Counted from the first letter of the stretch, positions 46,906-56,320 are shown. The stretch: DNA of 64,000 bases from Candidatus Firestoneibacteriota bacterium (GCA_903891415.1 CAITEH010000052.1:3727-67726); one strand, 5' to 3'. Notes: generated from the sequence alone by a model not told the origin. Numbers and translations: made by a program.

Positions 46906-49593
46906 ATGTTGAATTTACTAAGAAAAATATTTGGTACTAAAAACGAGCGGGAGATCAAGCGCATCAGCCTGGTTGTGGAAAAAGTAAACGCGCTGGAACC
47001 CGCGGTCAAAAAACTCTCCGGGGAAGAACTCAAAGCCAAAACAACTGAGTTCAGAGAACGCCTGGCCGGGGGGGCAACACTTGAGGACCTTCTTCCCGAG
47101 GCCTTTGCTGTTGTCCGGGAAACTGCTGTTAGAACGATAGGCCAGAGGCATTACGATACCCAGCTTATCGGCGGCATAGTGCTGCATGAAGGTAAAATAG
47201 CCGAAATGAAGACCGGCGAAGGTAAGACCCTGGTTGCCTCCCTTCCTATCTACCTGAACGCGCTTTCAGGCAAAGGGGTGCATGTTGTTACGGTCAATGA
47301 TTACCTGGCTGAAAGAGACAGTTTTGGCAAGGGTAATTTTAAAGGCATGGGAAATATTTATTCATTTTTGGGCCTTACTTTTGGCTGTATTAAAAATGAT
47401 TCCTCTAATGAAGAAAGAAGGGCGGCTTATGACGCTGACATAACTTACGGGACTAACAATGAGTTCGGCTTTGATTACCTCCGCGATAATATGGCCACCG
47501 CGCTGGAGGACCTGGTGCAGCAGCGCCCGAAGAACTTTGCCATTGTGGATGAAGTGGACAGTATTCTTATAGATGAAGCCCGTACCCCGCTCATTATTTC
47601 CGGCCCGGCCGAGGAATCGACTGACAAGTATTACCGGGCGAACAAGATAGTTCCGGAATTCATAAAAGAGGCCGACTATAAAGTTGATGAAAAAAGCCGC
47701 ACGGTCGTGCTTACCGAAACGGGTGTCGCCAAGGCCGAAAAGCTGCTTGGTGTGGAAAATATGTTCGAAGGCATAAATATGGACTGGGCGCATTATGTGA
47801 ACAATGCGCTTAAAGCCCATGTGCTTTTTAAAAGGGAAGACCATTATATTGTTAAGGGCGAAGAAGTCCTGATCGTGGATGAGTTCACCGGCCGGCTGAT
47901 GCCGGGAAGGCGCTGGAGCGATGGTTTGCACCAGGCCGTGGAAGCCAAAGAAGGTGTTAAGATAAGGAGGGAGAATCAGACCCTGGCGACCATTACCCTG
48001 CAAAACTATTTTAAGATGTATGCTAAACTCGCGGGTATGACCGGTACCGCGGACACGGAAGCAGAAGAGTTCGCGCATACCTATAATTTGGATGTACTGG
48101 TCATTCCGACCAACAAGCCGATGGTCCGGGAGGACTTTCCTGATGAGATCTACAAGACCAGAAAAGAAAAAATAAAAGCAGTTGTTAAGGAGATAGCCGA
48201 ACTTAATAAACAGGGCCGGCCTGTTCTGGTGGGTACCATCTCCATTGAAAAGAACGAAGAACTCTCCGGCCAGCTTAATAAACGGGGCATTAAACACCAG
48301 TTATTAAACGCGAAATTTCATGAAAAAGAAGCGGAAATAATAGCGGCCGCCGGCGCCTACGCCGGGGTGACCGTAGCCACAAATATGGCGGGCCGCGGTA
48401 CCGATATTGTGCTGGGTGAAGGTGTGGCCGCGCTCGGCGGGCTGCATGTAATAGGGACCGAAAGGCACGAGGCCCGGCGTATAGACAATCAGCTCCGCGG
48501 GCGCTGCGGGCGGCAGGGCGACAAAGGTTCGACTAAATTTTATATTTCACTTGAAGATGACCTTATGAGAATATTCGGCGGGGACAAGATATTTAACCTT
48601 ATGGACCGCATGGGTATGGAAGAAGATCAGCCGATAGTCCATCCCTGGATCTCAAAGGCCATAGAAGGCGCGCAAAAGAAAGTGGAAGGGTACAACTTTG
48701 AAGCCAGAAAGCACCTGCTGGAATATGATGATGTAATGAATAAACAGCGCGAGGTGGTTTACGGGCAAAGAAGGAAGATCCTTGAAGGCGATGACCTTAG
48801 AGATAATATTGAACAATGGATCAATGATGTTCTGGACGGGATGCTGGACGGCTACGCGGCGGAACAGTTATCATCTTTCGAATGGGATCTTGAAAATCTT
48901 AATTTAAGAATGCTGGACATTTTTGGAGTTGATTACCGGCCGGAAAAAGCCGCGCTGGGCGCCATGCGGAGGGAAACCTTAAGGGCCGAGTTCGCGGAGC
49001 GGATAGCCGGTTTTTATAATAAAAAGGCGGAGCACTACGGCAAGTTATTTAAATTCGTTGAACGCATGATCATGCTGCAGACCATAGACGGCAAATGGAA
49101 AGATCACCTGTACGCGATGGATCAGCTCCGGGACGGGATCGGGCTCCGTGCTTATGGCGGCAAAGACCCTTTATTAGAATATAAGAAAGAAGGCTTTATG
49201 ATGTTTACGGAGATGATAGAGCGGATCAAGGAAGACACTCTTCGCATGGTCTTTAAGGTACAGCTCAGGCAAAGTGAAGAAGAAGAAAAGAAAGAGCTGG
49301 AAAGCGCGGTAAGAACAGCCCGGCCGGCCGCGGCAAAAATAAATTACTCGCACCGGGAAGTCAACCAGTTCGGCGCTGCTGAAGAAGCCGCCCGGAGAAA
49401 ACAACTTGAAGCCGGAGCCGGGCAGGGCCAGATGGACGCCATGGGCGGGCGGCTGGGAGAGCGTCCCGAGATGAACCAGGCCCCGCGCACGACACCTATA
49501 AAACGTGATGCTCCGAAAGTGGGAAGGAACGACCCCTGCCCGTGCGGCAGCGGGAAGAAGTACAAAAAATGTTGTGGAATAAATGAAGACTAA
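46906..49593 (+). CDS. secA: Preprotein translocase ATPase SecA
   Basis: [49 protein letters not shown]. Confidence 0.98.
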   Translation: MLNLLRKIFGTKNEREIKRISLVVEKVNALEPAVKKLSGEELKAKTTEFRERLAGGATLEDLLPEAFAVVRETAVRTIGQRHYDTQLIGGIVLHEGKIAEMKTGEGKTLVASLPIYLNALSGKGVHVVTVNDYLAERDSFGKGNFKGMGNIYSFLGLTFGCIKNDSSNEERRAAYDADITYGTNNEFGFDYLRDNMATALEDLVQQRPKNFAIVDEVDSILIDEARTPLIISGPAEESTDKYYRANKIVPEFIKEADYKVDEKSRTVVLTETGVAKAEKLLGVENMFEGINMDWAHYVNNALKAHVLFKREDHYIVKGEEVLIVDEFTGRLMPGRRWSDGLHQAVEAKEGVKIRRENQTLATITLQNYFKMYAKLAGMTGTADTEAEEFAHTYNLDVLVIPTNKPMVREDFPDEIYKTRKEKIKAVVKEIAELNKQGRPVLVGTISIEKNEELSGQLNKRGIKHQLLNAKFHEKEAEIIAAAGAYAGVTVATNMAGRGTDIVLGEGVAALGGLHVIGTERHEARRIDNQLRGRCGRQGDKGSTKFYISLEDDLMRIFGGDKIFNLMDRMGMEEDQPIVHPWISKAIEGAQKKVEGYNFEARKHLLEYDDVMNKQREVVYGQRRKILEGDDLRDNIEQWINDVLDGMLDGYAAEQLSSFEWDLENLNLRMLDIFGVDYRPEKAALGAMRRETLRAEFAERIAGFYNKKAEHYGKLFKFVERMIMLQTIDGKWKDHLYAMDQLRDGIGLRAYGGKDPLLEYKKEGFMMFTEMIERIKEDTLRMVFKVQLRQSEEEEKKELESAVRTARPAAAKINYSHREVNQFGAAEEAARRKQLEAGAGQGQMDAMGGRLGERPEMNQAPRTTPIKRDAPKVGRNDPCPCGSGKKYKKCCGINED

Positions 49594-49682
49594 ATTGTTA
49601 TTTTTTGTGATCCGAGAGGAAAAAGAATATATATTCTGCTCCGCTAATTAATTAGGGTCAAATAGAATATTTTATTACAATA

Positions 49683-49718
49683 AAAAACGCCGCAAGAGTG
49701 AATTCTTGCGGCGTTTTT
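49683..49718. terminator. Bidirectional intrinsic terminator
   Basis: AAAAACGCCGCAAGA-gtgaat-TCTTGCGGCGTTTTT between convergent genes. Confidence 0.9.
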
Positions 49719-49723
49719 ACTAT

Positions 49724-51214
49724 TTAAAGTGCGGGTTTAATGGCTGCCCAGTCATTGGGAGTTGTCATTACCCATTCTATGCCGAATACCTCCGCGATCT
49801 TCGCTATGGTCCGCGCGTGGTGGCCTATTCCCAGAGCGAAATGATGCGTCGGGCCTTCCGCAACCCAGCGTTTAAGGAAGGTTCTTACGTCAGGCATAAA
49901 TCTGCCATGCGTGTTTGTATTTCCGGTCGGGGGTATGGGGCGCCTTTCTGAAAGGCCTTCAGCTATTATGAATTTAAACTGTCCGTCAGGTTTTACGCCG
50001 ATAGAAAGCATGGTGATAGGGCCTGTTTTCAGGCTGAATTCCACCCCGGCGCCGGAACCCGGCTTGCCGTGATAGACTTTCAAGCTTCTTAAAGAAGGTT
50101 TTGCGTCGGCTATATTCAAATGATGCGGGCCGTCATGTCCGACCAGTATGGTGTCATTATCAAAGTCTATCGGGTGGAATTCCGCGAAACTCCCGCCTAT
50201 ATCCAGGCGGTCCATGATCATCATGGCTATGCAGTTCTTAATATCATACTCTCCGCACATGGGAAAGCCGGCAGCCGTGAGCAGAGAATTGCCCACTATG
50301 AAGTTGGTGACGAGTTCCCGCATTTTGGAACCGGCTTCTGCTTCGTAGTAATAGGCCAGGCCGTCAAGTTTCTTTTCGTCGATAAAACTTTCCAGGGCCA
50401 AAGCTGCAGCAGCGGCTATTTCAAGATGTTCCGGCCTGAGCTTTTCGGTTATAGGGTCTGACTTGGGAGTGGGTGTATTGAAGAAACTCAGAATACGCTC
50501 CTTCATTTTTTCTATTTTTTTCCGGTCGGGTTCTTTGTAGTATTTCATGACATCATCCGGCTCGCATTGCACGGCGTGCAAACCGAAAGTCCGGGTAAGA
50601 GCCGCCGCATCCGTATGCATATCATACATGGATTCCAGCACATGCCCCAGGTGCCCTATACGGGCTTTTTTTACGTCATGCAGCACTTTTGCGATCTGGC
50701 ACCACTCGGCGACTTCAAGATCGGCTTTTTTATCGCCTTCCAGTATTCCTATAATAACCGGCGGTATTTTTGCGCCCATACGCAGGGCGACATCATTAAA
50801 TTCCGGCACGGAGCAGACATCGTCGTTGCAGAGCTGCATAAAAGTCGAAGCTTTGGTATAATCCATGGCACTGAGCGGCTGCAGTGCTGTCAGAACCATG
50901 GGAACCTGCAGGTGATGTAAAAGAGGCGCGAAGGTGGAAGAGGTGGCATAAGTGACCATATCCACGAACAGAAGGTCAAGGTCTCCGGCTTTTATTTTGG
51001 GGATAACTTCGTACGCGGAAGTTGAATTATCTATCAGCCCGTAATCTGTTACCGTAACACCGTTCTTTTCAAGTTTCTTGACCAAAACCTTTGTTTTTCT
51101 GTTCATTTCCTCAAGGAGCCCCGCGAACTGCGGCCAGTAGGTATAATGTCCCATGCTTATTACTCCCACCCGGGCGGTAAGCGGTTTTCTTCTTGGTATT
51201 CTCAGGTCAGCCAT
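49724..51214 (-). CDS. L-fucose/L-arabinose isomerase family protein (second paralogue)
   Basis: YWPQF, TYATS, CEYD metal ligands, GHDGP, GPTHH. SD AAGGAG. Confidence 0.85.
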   Translation of the reverse strand: MADLRIPRRKPLTARVGVISMGHYTYWPQFAGLLEEMNRKTKVLVKKLEKNGVTVTDYGLIDNSTSAYEVIPKIKAGDLDLLFVDMVTYATSSTFAPLLHHLQVPMVLTALQPLSAMDYTKASTFMQLCNDDVCSVPEFNDVALRMGAKIPPVIIGILEGDKKADLEVAEWCQIAKVLHDVKKARIGHLGHVLESMYDMHTDAAALTRTFGLHAVQCEPDDVMKYYKEPDRKKIEKMKERILSFFNTPTPKSDPITEKLRPEHLEIAAAAALALESFIDEKKLDGLAYYYEAEAGSKMRELVTNFIVGNSLLTAAGFPMCGEYDIKNCIAMMIMDRLDIGGSFAEFHPIDFDNDTILVGHDGPHHLNIADAKPSLRSLKVYHGKPGSGAGVEFSLKTGPITMLSIGVKPDGQFKFIIAEGLSERRPIPPTGNTNTHGRFMPDVRTFLKRWVAEGPTHHFALGIGHHARTIAKIAEVFGIEWVMTTPNDWAAIKPAL

Positions 51215-51265
51215 GTACTTCTCCTTTTGGTCAATAACAGTTTGTTAAATTTAGTTTGAATTTAG

Positions 51266-51295
51266 ATTATACCTTTTTTTTCTTTTCATAATCAA
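51266..51295 (-). promoter_or_regulatory. Promoter of isomerase gene
   Basis: TTGATT, 18 nt, TATAAT on the minus strand. Confidence 0.5.
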
Positions 51296-51342
51296 GGCCC
51301 AAATCCGGCCAAAATTGCAGGATTTTGGCTGGATTTGGGCCT
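51295..51342. repeat. 21-bp hairpin/cruciform
   Basis: AGGCCCAAATCCGGCCAAAAT-TGCAGG-ATTTTGGCTGGATTTGGGCCT, one G-T pair, no U tract. Confidence 0.85.
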
Positions 51343-51667
51343 GATGACACAGATGGGAAGCGAGATGTCACAGATAGGGGCAAAAAGCACAGATTTGCAT
51401 TTCGGGACAAATGAATTATATTTATAGGCCGGCAATTTGTAATTGAAAGGAAAGGAACATAAATTGCGGAAAAAAACATCTGTGCCATTCCACCACAAAA
51501 CGTTGGTGGATTTCGTTCCACTCAATCCACCACAAAGCATTGGTGGATTTCGTGCCACTCAACTCTCTGCCTGTCCGGAGGCCTTCTGAACTATACCTCG
51601 CCAAAGCATTTGGGGCGTTATCTCCCATTTTTATCTGTGCCATCTCCCTACCCATCTGTGTCATCAG
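51341..51667. mobile_element. MITE-like element with 17-bp perfect terminal inverted repeats
   Basis: CTGATGACACAGATGGG (51341-57) / CCCATCTGTGTCATCAG (51651-67), extending imperfectly to about 36 bp. Two tandem 37-bp palindromic units at 51489 and 51526. No transposase. Confidence 0.65.
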
Positions 51668-51678
51668 CCCCGCTGGGC

Positions 51679-51707
51679 TTGTGTTTGTCTGCTATATATG
51701 GTAAAAT
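51679..51707 (+). promoter_or_regulatory. Promoter of thyA-like gene
   Basis: TTGTGT, 17 nt, TGgTAAAAT. Confidence 0.5.
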
Positions 51708-51792
51708 CCTTTGAATTCAAAAAATTGTCTTCAATATCAGTGGAATCTGATAGTTTTGTAATCAGTGGAATCGTTTTAGTAGGGGGGAACAA

Positions 51793-52617
51793 ATGGACGG
51801 AAATATTCCCGTGTTAAGGGTTGAAGGCGAAACTCTTCCGGAAGCGTGGGAGAAAGCGGTAATTACGGCCTGGGAACAGGGTGTAGATATCAAAACGGAA
51901 TATGATAAACCGGGCGATCCTGCGAGCAAAGACTGCACTATGATGCTGGTCGTGAATGACCCGTTCAAAGAACCCCGTATCCATAGGGCTTTTCCGGGCG
52001 GGCTGGAAGATCTTGAAACCTATAGACAGGAAGTAGTTGACGGCATTCATGATCACTGGATCAAACCCGAAGAAGGAAAATGGACCTATACCTACCATGA
52101 AAGGTTCTTTGATTATAAAATTGAAGGCCGCTCCGTGGATCAGATAAATTACATAATAGAAAAACTTTCGCAAAGTTTCTATTCAAGGAGAGCCCAGGCC
52201 ATGACCTGGAATCCTCTGAAAGACCCGCCTTCCTACGATCCCCCCTGCCTGCAGATGCTTTGGGCCAGGGTACAGGAAGGTAAGGACGGAAAGAACTATC
52301 TTAATGTCAACACCATCTGGCGCAGTAACGATGCTTATAAAGCCGCTTTTATGAATATTTTCGCGCTTACCGAGCTTCAAAGGGTGATCGCGGCAAAGAT
52401 AAGCGAAAAAACCGGGAAAATAATAATACCCGGGCGCTATGTCCACTTCGCGAACAGCTTCCATATATACGGCTCTTACTTTAAAGATTTTAAAAATTTC
52501 CTTGAGACAGTTAAGAACAGAAAATGGGAAGAGCGTGTCTGGAATACTGAGTTTGCTGAGCCGTTTTTTGAGATAGGCAGGGAAAAGATAAGGGAAGAAA
52601 AAAGGAAAGGAATTTAA
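51793..52617 (+). CDS. thyA: Thymidylate synthase family protein (archaeal-like)
   Basis: YTY..R, RRA...W, PPCL catalytic Cys, RSND, MN, HIY. Confidence 0.82.
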   Translation: MDGNIPVLRVEGETLPEAWEKAVITAWEQGVDIKTEYDKPGDPASKDCTMMLVVNDPFKEPRIHRAFPGGLEDLETYRQEVVDGIHDHWIKPEEGKWTYTYHERFFDYKIEGRSVDQINYIIEKLSQSFYSRRAQAMTWNPLKDPPSYDPPCLQMLWARVQEGKDGKNYLNVNTIWRSNDAYKAAFMNIFALTELQRVIAAKISEKTGKIIIPGRYVHFANSFHIYGSYFKDFKNFLETVKNRKWEERVWNTEFAEPFFEIGREKIREEKRKGI

Positions 52618-52665
52618 AACCCCGAAGGTCCGGAAGATGAAGTTAAGCCAAAGGAGAGTAGAGAA

Positions 52666-52965
52666 ATGTTTGATAAAGCCAAACAAGCCTATGATATGAT
52701 GAAAAAACAGAGGGAGTTGAAGAAGCATTTGGAAGCGACTATAGTAAATGTCGAAGAAGCGGGCGGAAAATTAAAGCTTTCAATGAATGGAGAGTTTAAG
52801 GCCGTCAGTATCTCGATAGACCCCTATTTCCTGGCCCCGGAAAGAAAAACTGATCTGGAAAATGCCTTAAAAAGAGCTATTTCTAACGGAGTAGGACAAT
52901 CCCAGGCGGCAAGCGCGGGAAAAATGAAGGAAATGTTTAAAGATATGAATATTCCCGGCCTCTAG
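52666..52965 (+). CDS. YbaB/EbfC nucleoid-associated protein
   Basis: K..Q..L....V...GG...L.MNG....SI.IDP..L......LE..L..A. Confidence 0.85.
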   Translation: MFDKAKQAYDMMKKQRELKKHLEATIVNVEEAGGKLKLSMNGEFKAVSISIDPYFLAPERKTDLENALKRAISNGVGQSQAASAGKMKEMFKDMNIPGL

Positions 52966-52987
52966 GCCGGAAAAAAGAGCCGGCCTG

Positions 52988-53308
52988 GTGAATAAATATA
53001 TTGTGGTTTTTGTGACGGTAAAGAGTAAAAAAGAAGCAAAAAAGATAACGGATATATTGTTAAAAAATAAACTTGCGGCCTGTGTCAATGCGGTCCCGGG
53101 GCTAGCTTCGGCCTATTGGTGGAAGGGCAAAATTGAAAGGGCAAAAGAACTTTTGCTGATCATAAAGACCAAAAAAGCCCTTTTTGAAAAATTGACCCTG
53201 GAAGTTAAAAAAGTTCACTCGTATGAAGTTCCGGAGATCATTTCGCTCCCGCTAACCGGCGGTAACAGTAAATATTTGAAGTGGATAGAGCAAAGCGTAA
53301 TTAAATGA
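52988..53308 (+). CDS. cutA: Divalent-cation tolerance protein CutA
   Basis: LAACVN, S.YWWKG.IE, HSYEVPEI, YLKW. Confidence 0.95.
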   Translation: MNKYIVVFVTVKSKKEAKKITDILLKNKLAACVNAVPGLASAYWWKGKIERAKELLLIIKTKKALFEKLTLEVKKVHSYEVPEIISLPLTGGNSKYLKWIEQSVIK

Positions 53309-53330
53309 CAAATATAGCGATAGCAACGCT

Positions 53331-53411
53331 GTCATTGCGCCAGCCTCGCCTAAGCTCATCCAGGCGGGAGGAATCCTTGACCCACCAACGCTTTGTGGTG
53401 GGGCTAATGAC
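53331..53411. repeat. GTCATT..AATGAC palindromic element enclosing a CCCACCA..TGGTGGG unit
   Basis: GTCATTGC (53331) / GCTAATGAC (53403-11). 53381-53402 reads CCCACCACAAAGCGTTGGTGGG on the minus strand. Confidence 0.6.
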
Positions 53412-53508
53412 GAAGCAAACCCGATTTTGTGGGCTCCCTCAGGATAGATTCAGGATTGAGGGGAAAGTAAAACTTAGCTTTTAAGAGATCTTTAAAAAAG
53501 GAGCTATC

Positions 53509-54615
53509 ATGAACGGAAGAGAAAGATTTAATGCCATAACACACTTTAAACCTTTTGACAGGGTGCAGAACAGGGAATTCGGCTATTGGGCTGAGACTCT
53601 TCCGAAATGGGCCGGGGAAGGCCTGCCGGCTGCTATTACAAATGAGGCCGCTGCCAATAAATATTTTGGTTTCGACAAATTTATTGAAGCAAAGATACCT
53701 TTGGGCCTCTTTCCGCTTTTTGAACCAAAGCTGCTTGAAACGGGAAAGGAATACAATCTTGAAATCGACAGCGAAGGTGTTACTAAAAAAGTATTTACAA
53801 GCGGTGCCTCAATGATCCCCCACAATATTGATTACTCGCTGAAAGACCGGATATCCTGGAAGGAATTTAAAAAACGGCTGGTCCCGGGGGCCCATAGATA
53901 CCCGGAAAACTGGAAAAAAACGGTTGCGAAGTTAAATGACCCGAAACGTGATTATCCTGCCGGCTTAAGCGTGGGCTCGCTGCTCGGGGTTCCGCGTAAC
54001 TGGATGGGTTTTGAGAACTGCGCGATGATGTTTTACGATGATCCGGAACTGATGCGCGAAATAGTGGAGACCATGGGGGATGTTATTGTAGGGACTATTG
54101 AACCCGCGCTTAAGGAAGTAAAATTTGACTATGCTGATATGTGGGAAGATATCGCTTTCAAGAACGGGCCTATGATCTCGCCTGAAATGTTCAAGGAATT
54201 TATTATTCCGCAATATAAAAGGATCTCTGCCCTGCTGCGAAAATACGGCGTGGATGTTTGCTGGGTGGACTGCGACGGGGATATTAATTCCCTGGTCCCG
54301 CTCTGGCTGGAGGCGGGCATAAACGGCATGTTCCCTCTGGAAGTAGGCTGTTTTACCGACCCTGTTGCGCTCCGGAAAAAATATGGAAAAGATGTGTTGT
54401 TGTTCGGCGGTGTAAACAAGCGGGAGCTGGCAAAGAGCAAAAAAGAAATTGATGCGGAGGTTAACCGGCTGCGCCCTCTGGTGGAAGGCGGCGGGTTCGT
54501 TCCTCATGTGGACCACAGATGCCCGCCTGACGTTTCCTATGAGAATTACAAGTATTATCTGAAGAAAAAGAAGGAAGTTTTTGGTATTTCGGATTGGATC
54601 CAAACTTTCAAATAA
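53509..54615 (+). CDS. Uroporphyrinogen decarboxylase-family (MtaA/CmuA-like) protein
   Basis: ER..A...F...DR, R.WMG.E, WED.A...GP.ISP, DCDG, GG..K, GG...DH..PPD. Confidence 0.82.
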   Translation: MNGRERFNAITHFKPFDRVQNREFGYWAETLPKWAGEGLPAAITNEAAANKYFGFDKFIEAKIPLGLFPLFEPKLLETGKEYNLEIDSEGVTKKVFTSGASMIPHNIDYSLKDRISWKEFKKRLVPGAHRYPENWKKTVAKLNDPKRDYPAGLSVGSLLGVPRNWMGFENCAMMFYDDPELMREIVETMGDVIVGTIEPALKEVKFDYADMWEDIAFKNGPMISPEMFKEFIIPQYKRISALLRKYGVDVCWVDCDGDINSLVPLWLEAGINGMFPLEVGCFTDPVALRKKYGKDVLLFGGVNKRELAKSKKEIDAEVNRLRPLVEGGGFVPHVDHRCPPDVSYENYKYYLKKKKEVFGISDWIQTFK

Positions 54616-54639
54616 TAACTGATAGTTAATAACTAATTG
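54612..54639. repeat. Heptamer array (YTRATWR) overlapping stop codon
   Basis: ATAATAA CTGATAG TTAATAA CTAATTG. Shares units with 17740-17774. Confidence 0.55.
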
Positions 54640-54694
54640 AATAAAAAATAGTGACGCAAAGGAAGCACTCAGCCGACAGGCCCGGGAGGATAAT

Positions 54695-55213
54695 ATGGTG
54701 GAAAGAAAAGGTGTTGTAACTGCGAAGGGAAATCCTCTTACCTTGCTCGGAGGGGAAATAAAAGCGGGAGACAAAGCGCCTGATTTTACCGTGGTGGATA
54801 ACGAGCAGAAACCGGTTACCCTGAAGGACCTTAAAACAAAAATAAAACTTTTTAGTGTGGTGCCTTCTCTGGATACCCCGGTTTGCGACCTTCAGACCCA
54901 AAGATTCGAAGCAGAAGCCGCGGGCGTGCCCGGAGACGTGGGTATTTTTACTTTTAGTATGGACCTGCCGTTTGCCCAGTCCCGGTATTGCGGAGCGCAC
55001 GCGATCACGAAGTTGAAAACACTTTCAGACCACCGGGAGGCCTCTTTTGGCCGGGCTTACGGAGTGCTGATAAAAGAGAACCGCCTGCTGTCCCGTTCGA
55101 TCTTTATTCTTGACGGTAATAATATAGTCAGGTATGTTGAATACGTCAAAGATATTTCCACGCATCCGGATTATGTGAAAGCGGTCGCAGCTTTAAAACA
55201 AATACCGGTATGA
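54695..55213 (+). CDS. tpx: Thiol peroxidase Tpx
   Basis: KGNP.TL.G, PSLDTPVC, SMDLPFAQ.R.C, L.R. Confidence 0.95.
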   Translation: MVERKGVVTAKGNPLTLLGGEIKAGDKAPDFTVVDNEQKPVTLKDLKTKIKLFSVVPSLDTPVCDLQTQRFEAEAAGVPGDVGIFTFSMDLPFAQSRYCGAHAITKLKTLSDHREASFGRAYGVLIKENRLLSRSIFILDGNNIVRYVEYVKDISTHPDYVKAVAALKQIPV

Positions 55214-55232
55214 AATATTTCAAAGGGGTTTT

Positions 55233-55637
55233 ATGAAAAAGCAATACACTGACCTGCACGCAATTTCGGGAATAAAAGAAAAGATGCCTGCCCTGGAGGT
55301 TTTCCCCAACCAGTATAAGGACTATGTAATAACCATAGAAATTCCCGAGTACTCTTCCATTTGTCCCAGGTCCGGCCTGCCGGACTGCGGCAAGCTGACG
55401 CTGAAATATATTCCCGGAAAATACTGCCTGGAACTCAAATCCCTCAAGTTTTACATCCTTGCTTATAGAAATCTGGGGATATTTTATGAGAACGCGGTCA
55501 ATAAGATACTGGGCGATCTTGTAACTGCCGTGAAACCAAAATGGGCGTATATCAAAGGCGAGTTCACGCCCCGCGGCGGTATCTCAACCTGCGTGGAGAA
55601 AACTTTCGGGAAGCCCGGCCGTCCGGGCAAGGCGTAA
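55233..55637 (+). CDS. queF: NADPH-dependent preQ0 reductase QueF
   Basis: E...CP.SG.PD, ELKSLK.Y, F.PRGG. Confidence 0.93.
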   Translation: MKKQYTDLHAISGIKEKMPALEVFPNQYKDYVITIEIPEYSSICPRSGLPDCGKLTLKYIPGKYCLELKSLKFYILAYRNLGIFYENAVNKILGDLVTAVKPKWAYIKGEFTPRGGISTCVEKTFGKPGRPGKA

Positions 55638-55721
55638 GAGTCAGGCTCGTAAACTGAAAAAACCTGCAATGGGCGGTAATTTCCTGTACGGAAGTATCAA
55701 GATACCCGCGGGATGAAATAT

Positions 55722-56255
55722 TTAGTTTGCGGGTGTAAGAGTGATATTAAGGTTCTGCTTTTTTTCCACCTCAAAGAGCTCATCTTTTAGTTTGCTTACA
55801 GGAACGGCGGCGGGAACGGCTATTTTTATGCGCATGTGAAAGACCGGGGTACCGGAGACCGGAGCGTTGCTTACGCCCGTCTCAAGGTCTTCAACGTTAA
55901 TTTTATTCTTATGAAGAACACCTGTTACTTCATTTACTATTCCAGGGTGGTCCATCCCGAAGGTTTCAATTATGTAAGGAAGCGAGGCTTCTTTAGGCCT
56001 GTCTGCGGGTGCTTTCGTGTCTTTTAGCAGGACCGTAAGCCCGGCAGCGCTCTCAAGATCTTTTATTTCCGCTTTAACTTTTTCAATAGACGAAAACGGC
56101 CCGGAAAAAAGCAGGACCAGGGCAAAATCTTCCCCCATTACCGACATTTTACTGTCCTCAATATTACAGCCGCGCCCGGTAATAAAAGAAGATACCAGGT
56201 TCACTATGCCCGGTTTATCCAAACCTATGGCTAAAAGCACCTTGTAAAATATCAT
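55722..56255 (-). CDS. Tandem ACT-domain protein (GcvR-like)
   Basis: G.DKPGIV..NI.DS.M and second ACT G.DHPGIV..V...L....IN. ATG 56255. Confidence 0.85.
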   Translation of the reverse strand: MIFYKVLLAIGLDKPGIVNLVSSFITGRGCNIEDSKMSVMGEDFALVLLFSGPFSSIEKVKAEIKDLESAAGLTVLLKDTKAPADRPKEASLPYIIETFGMDHPGIVNEVTGVLHKNKINVEDLETGVSNAPVSGTPVFHMRIKIAVPAAVPVSKLKDELFEVEKKQNLNITLTPAN

Positions 56256-56262
56256 TAAATGG

Positions 56263-56291
56263 ATTATATTATATAGTAGTTCCTTTGTCAA
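56263..56291 (-). promoter_or_regulatory. Consensus sigma70 promoter, leaderless geometry
   Basis: TTGACA, 17 nt, TATAAT, then 7 nt to ATG 56255 with no SD. Confidence 0.8.
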
Positions 56292-56320
56292 ATCAAAACA
56301 CGGAAAACGGAAGGGAAACA

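Noticed and set aside
51489-51562. 37-bp palindromic repeats as a CRISPR array
   Set aside because: Units are directly tandem with no spacers, only two copies, and no cas operon. The Cas4-like nuclease is 6 kb away and isolated.
51267-51664. Three short minus-strand ORFs with NPP..CGG/AQM motifs
   Set aside because: They are translations of the palindromic repeat element. The same peptide appears at 2457-2834.
52618-52650. AGGTCCGGAAG resembling SRP RNA domain IV next to ybaB
   Set aside because: The GGAA loop is not closed by CC/GG, the AGCAG motif is absent, and the gap is only 48 nt.
54651-54690. GACGCAAAG resembling a c-di-GMP-I riboswitch
   Set aside because: The upstream GCAAAC and GAAA-loop stem and the downstream CTAA tetraloop-receptor elements are missing.
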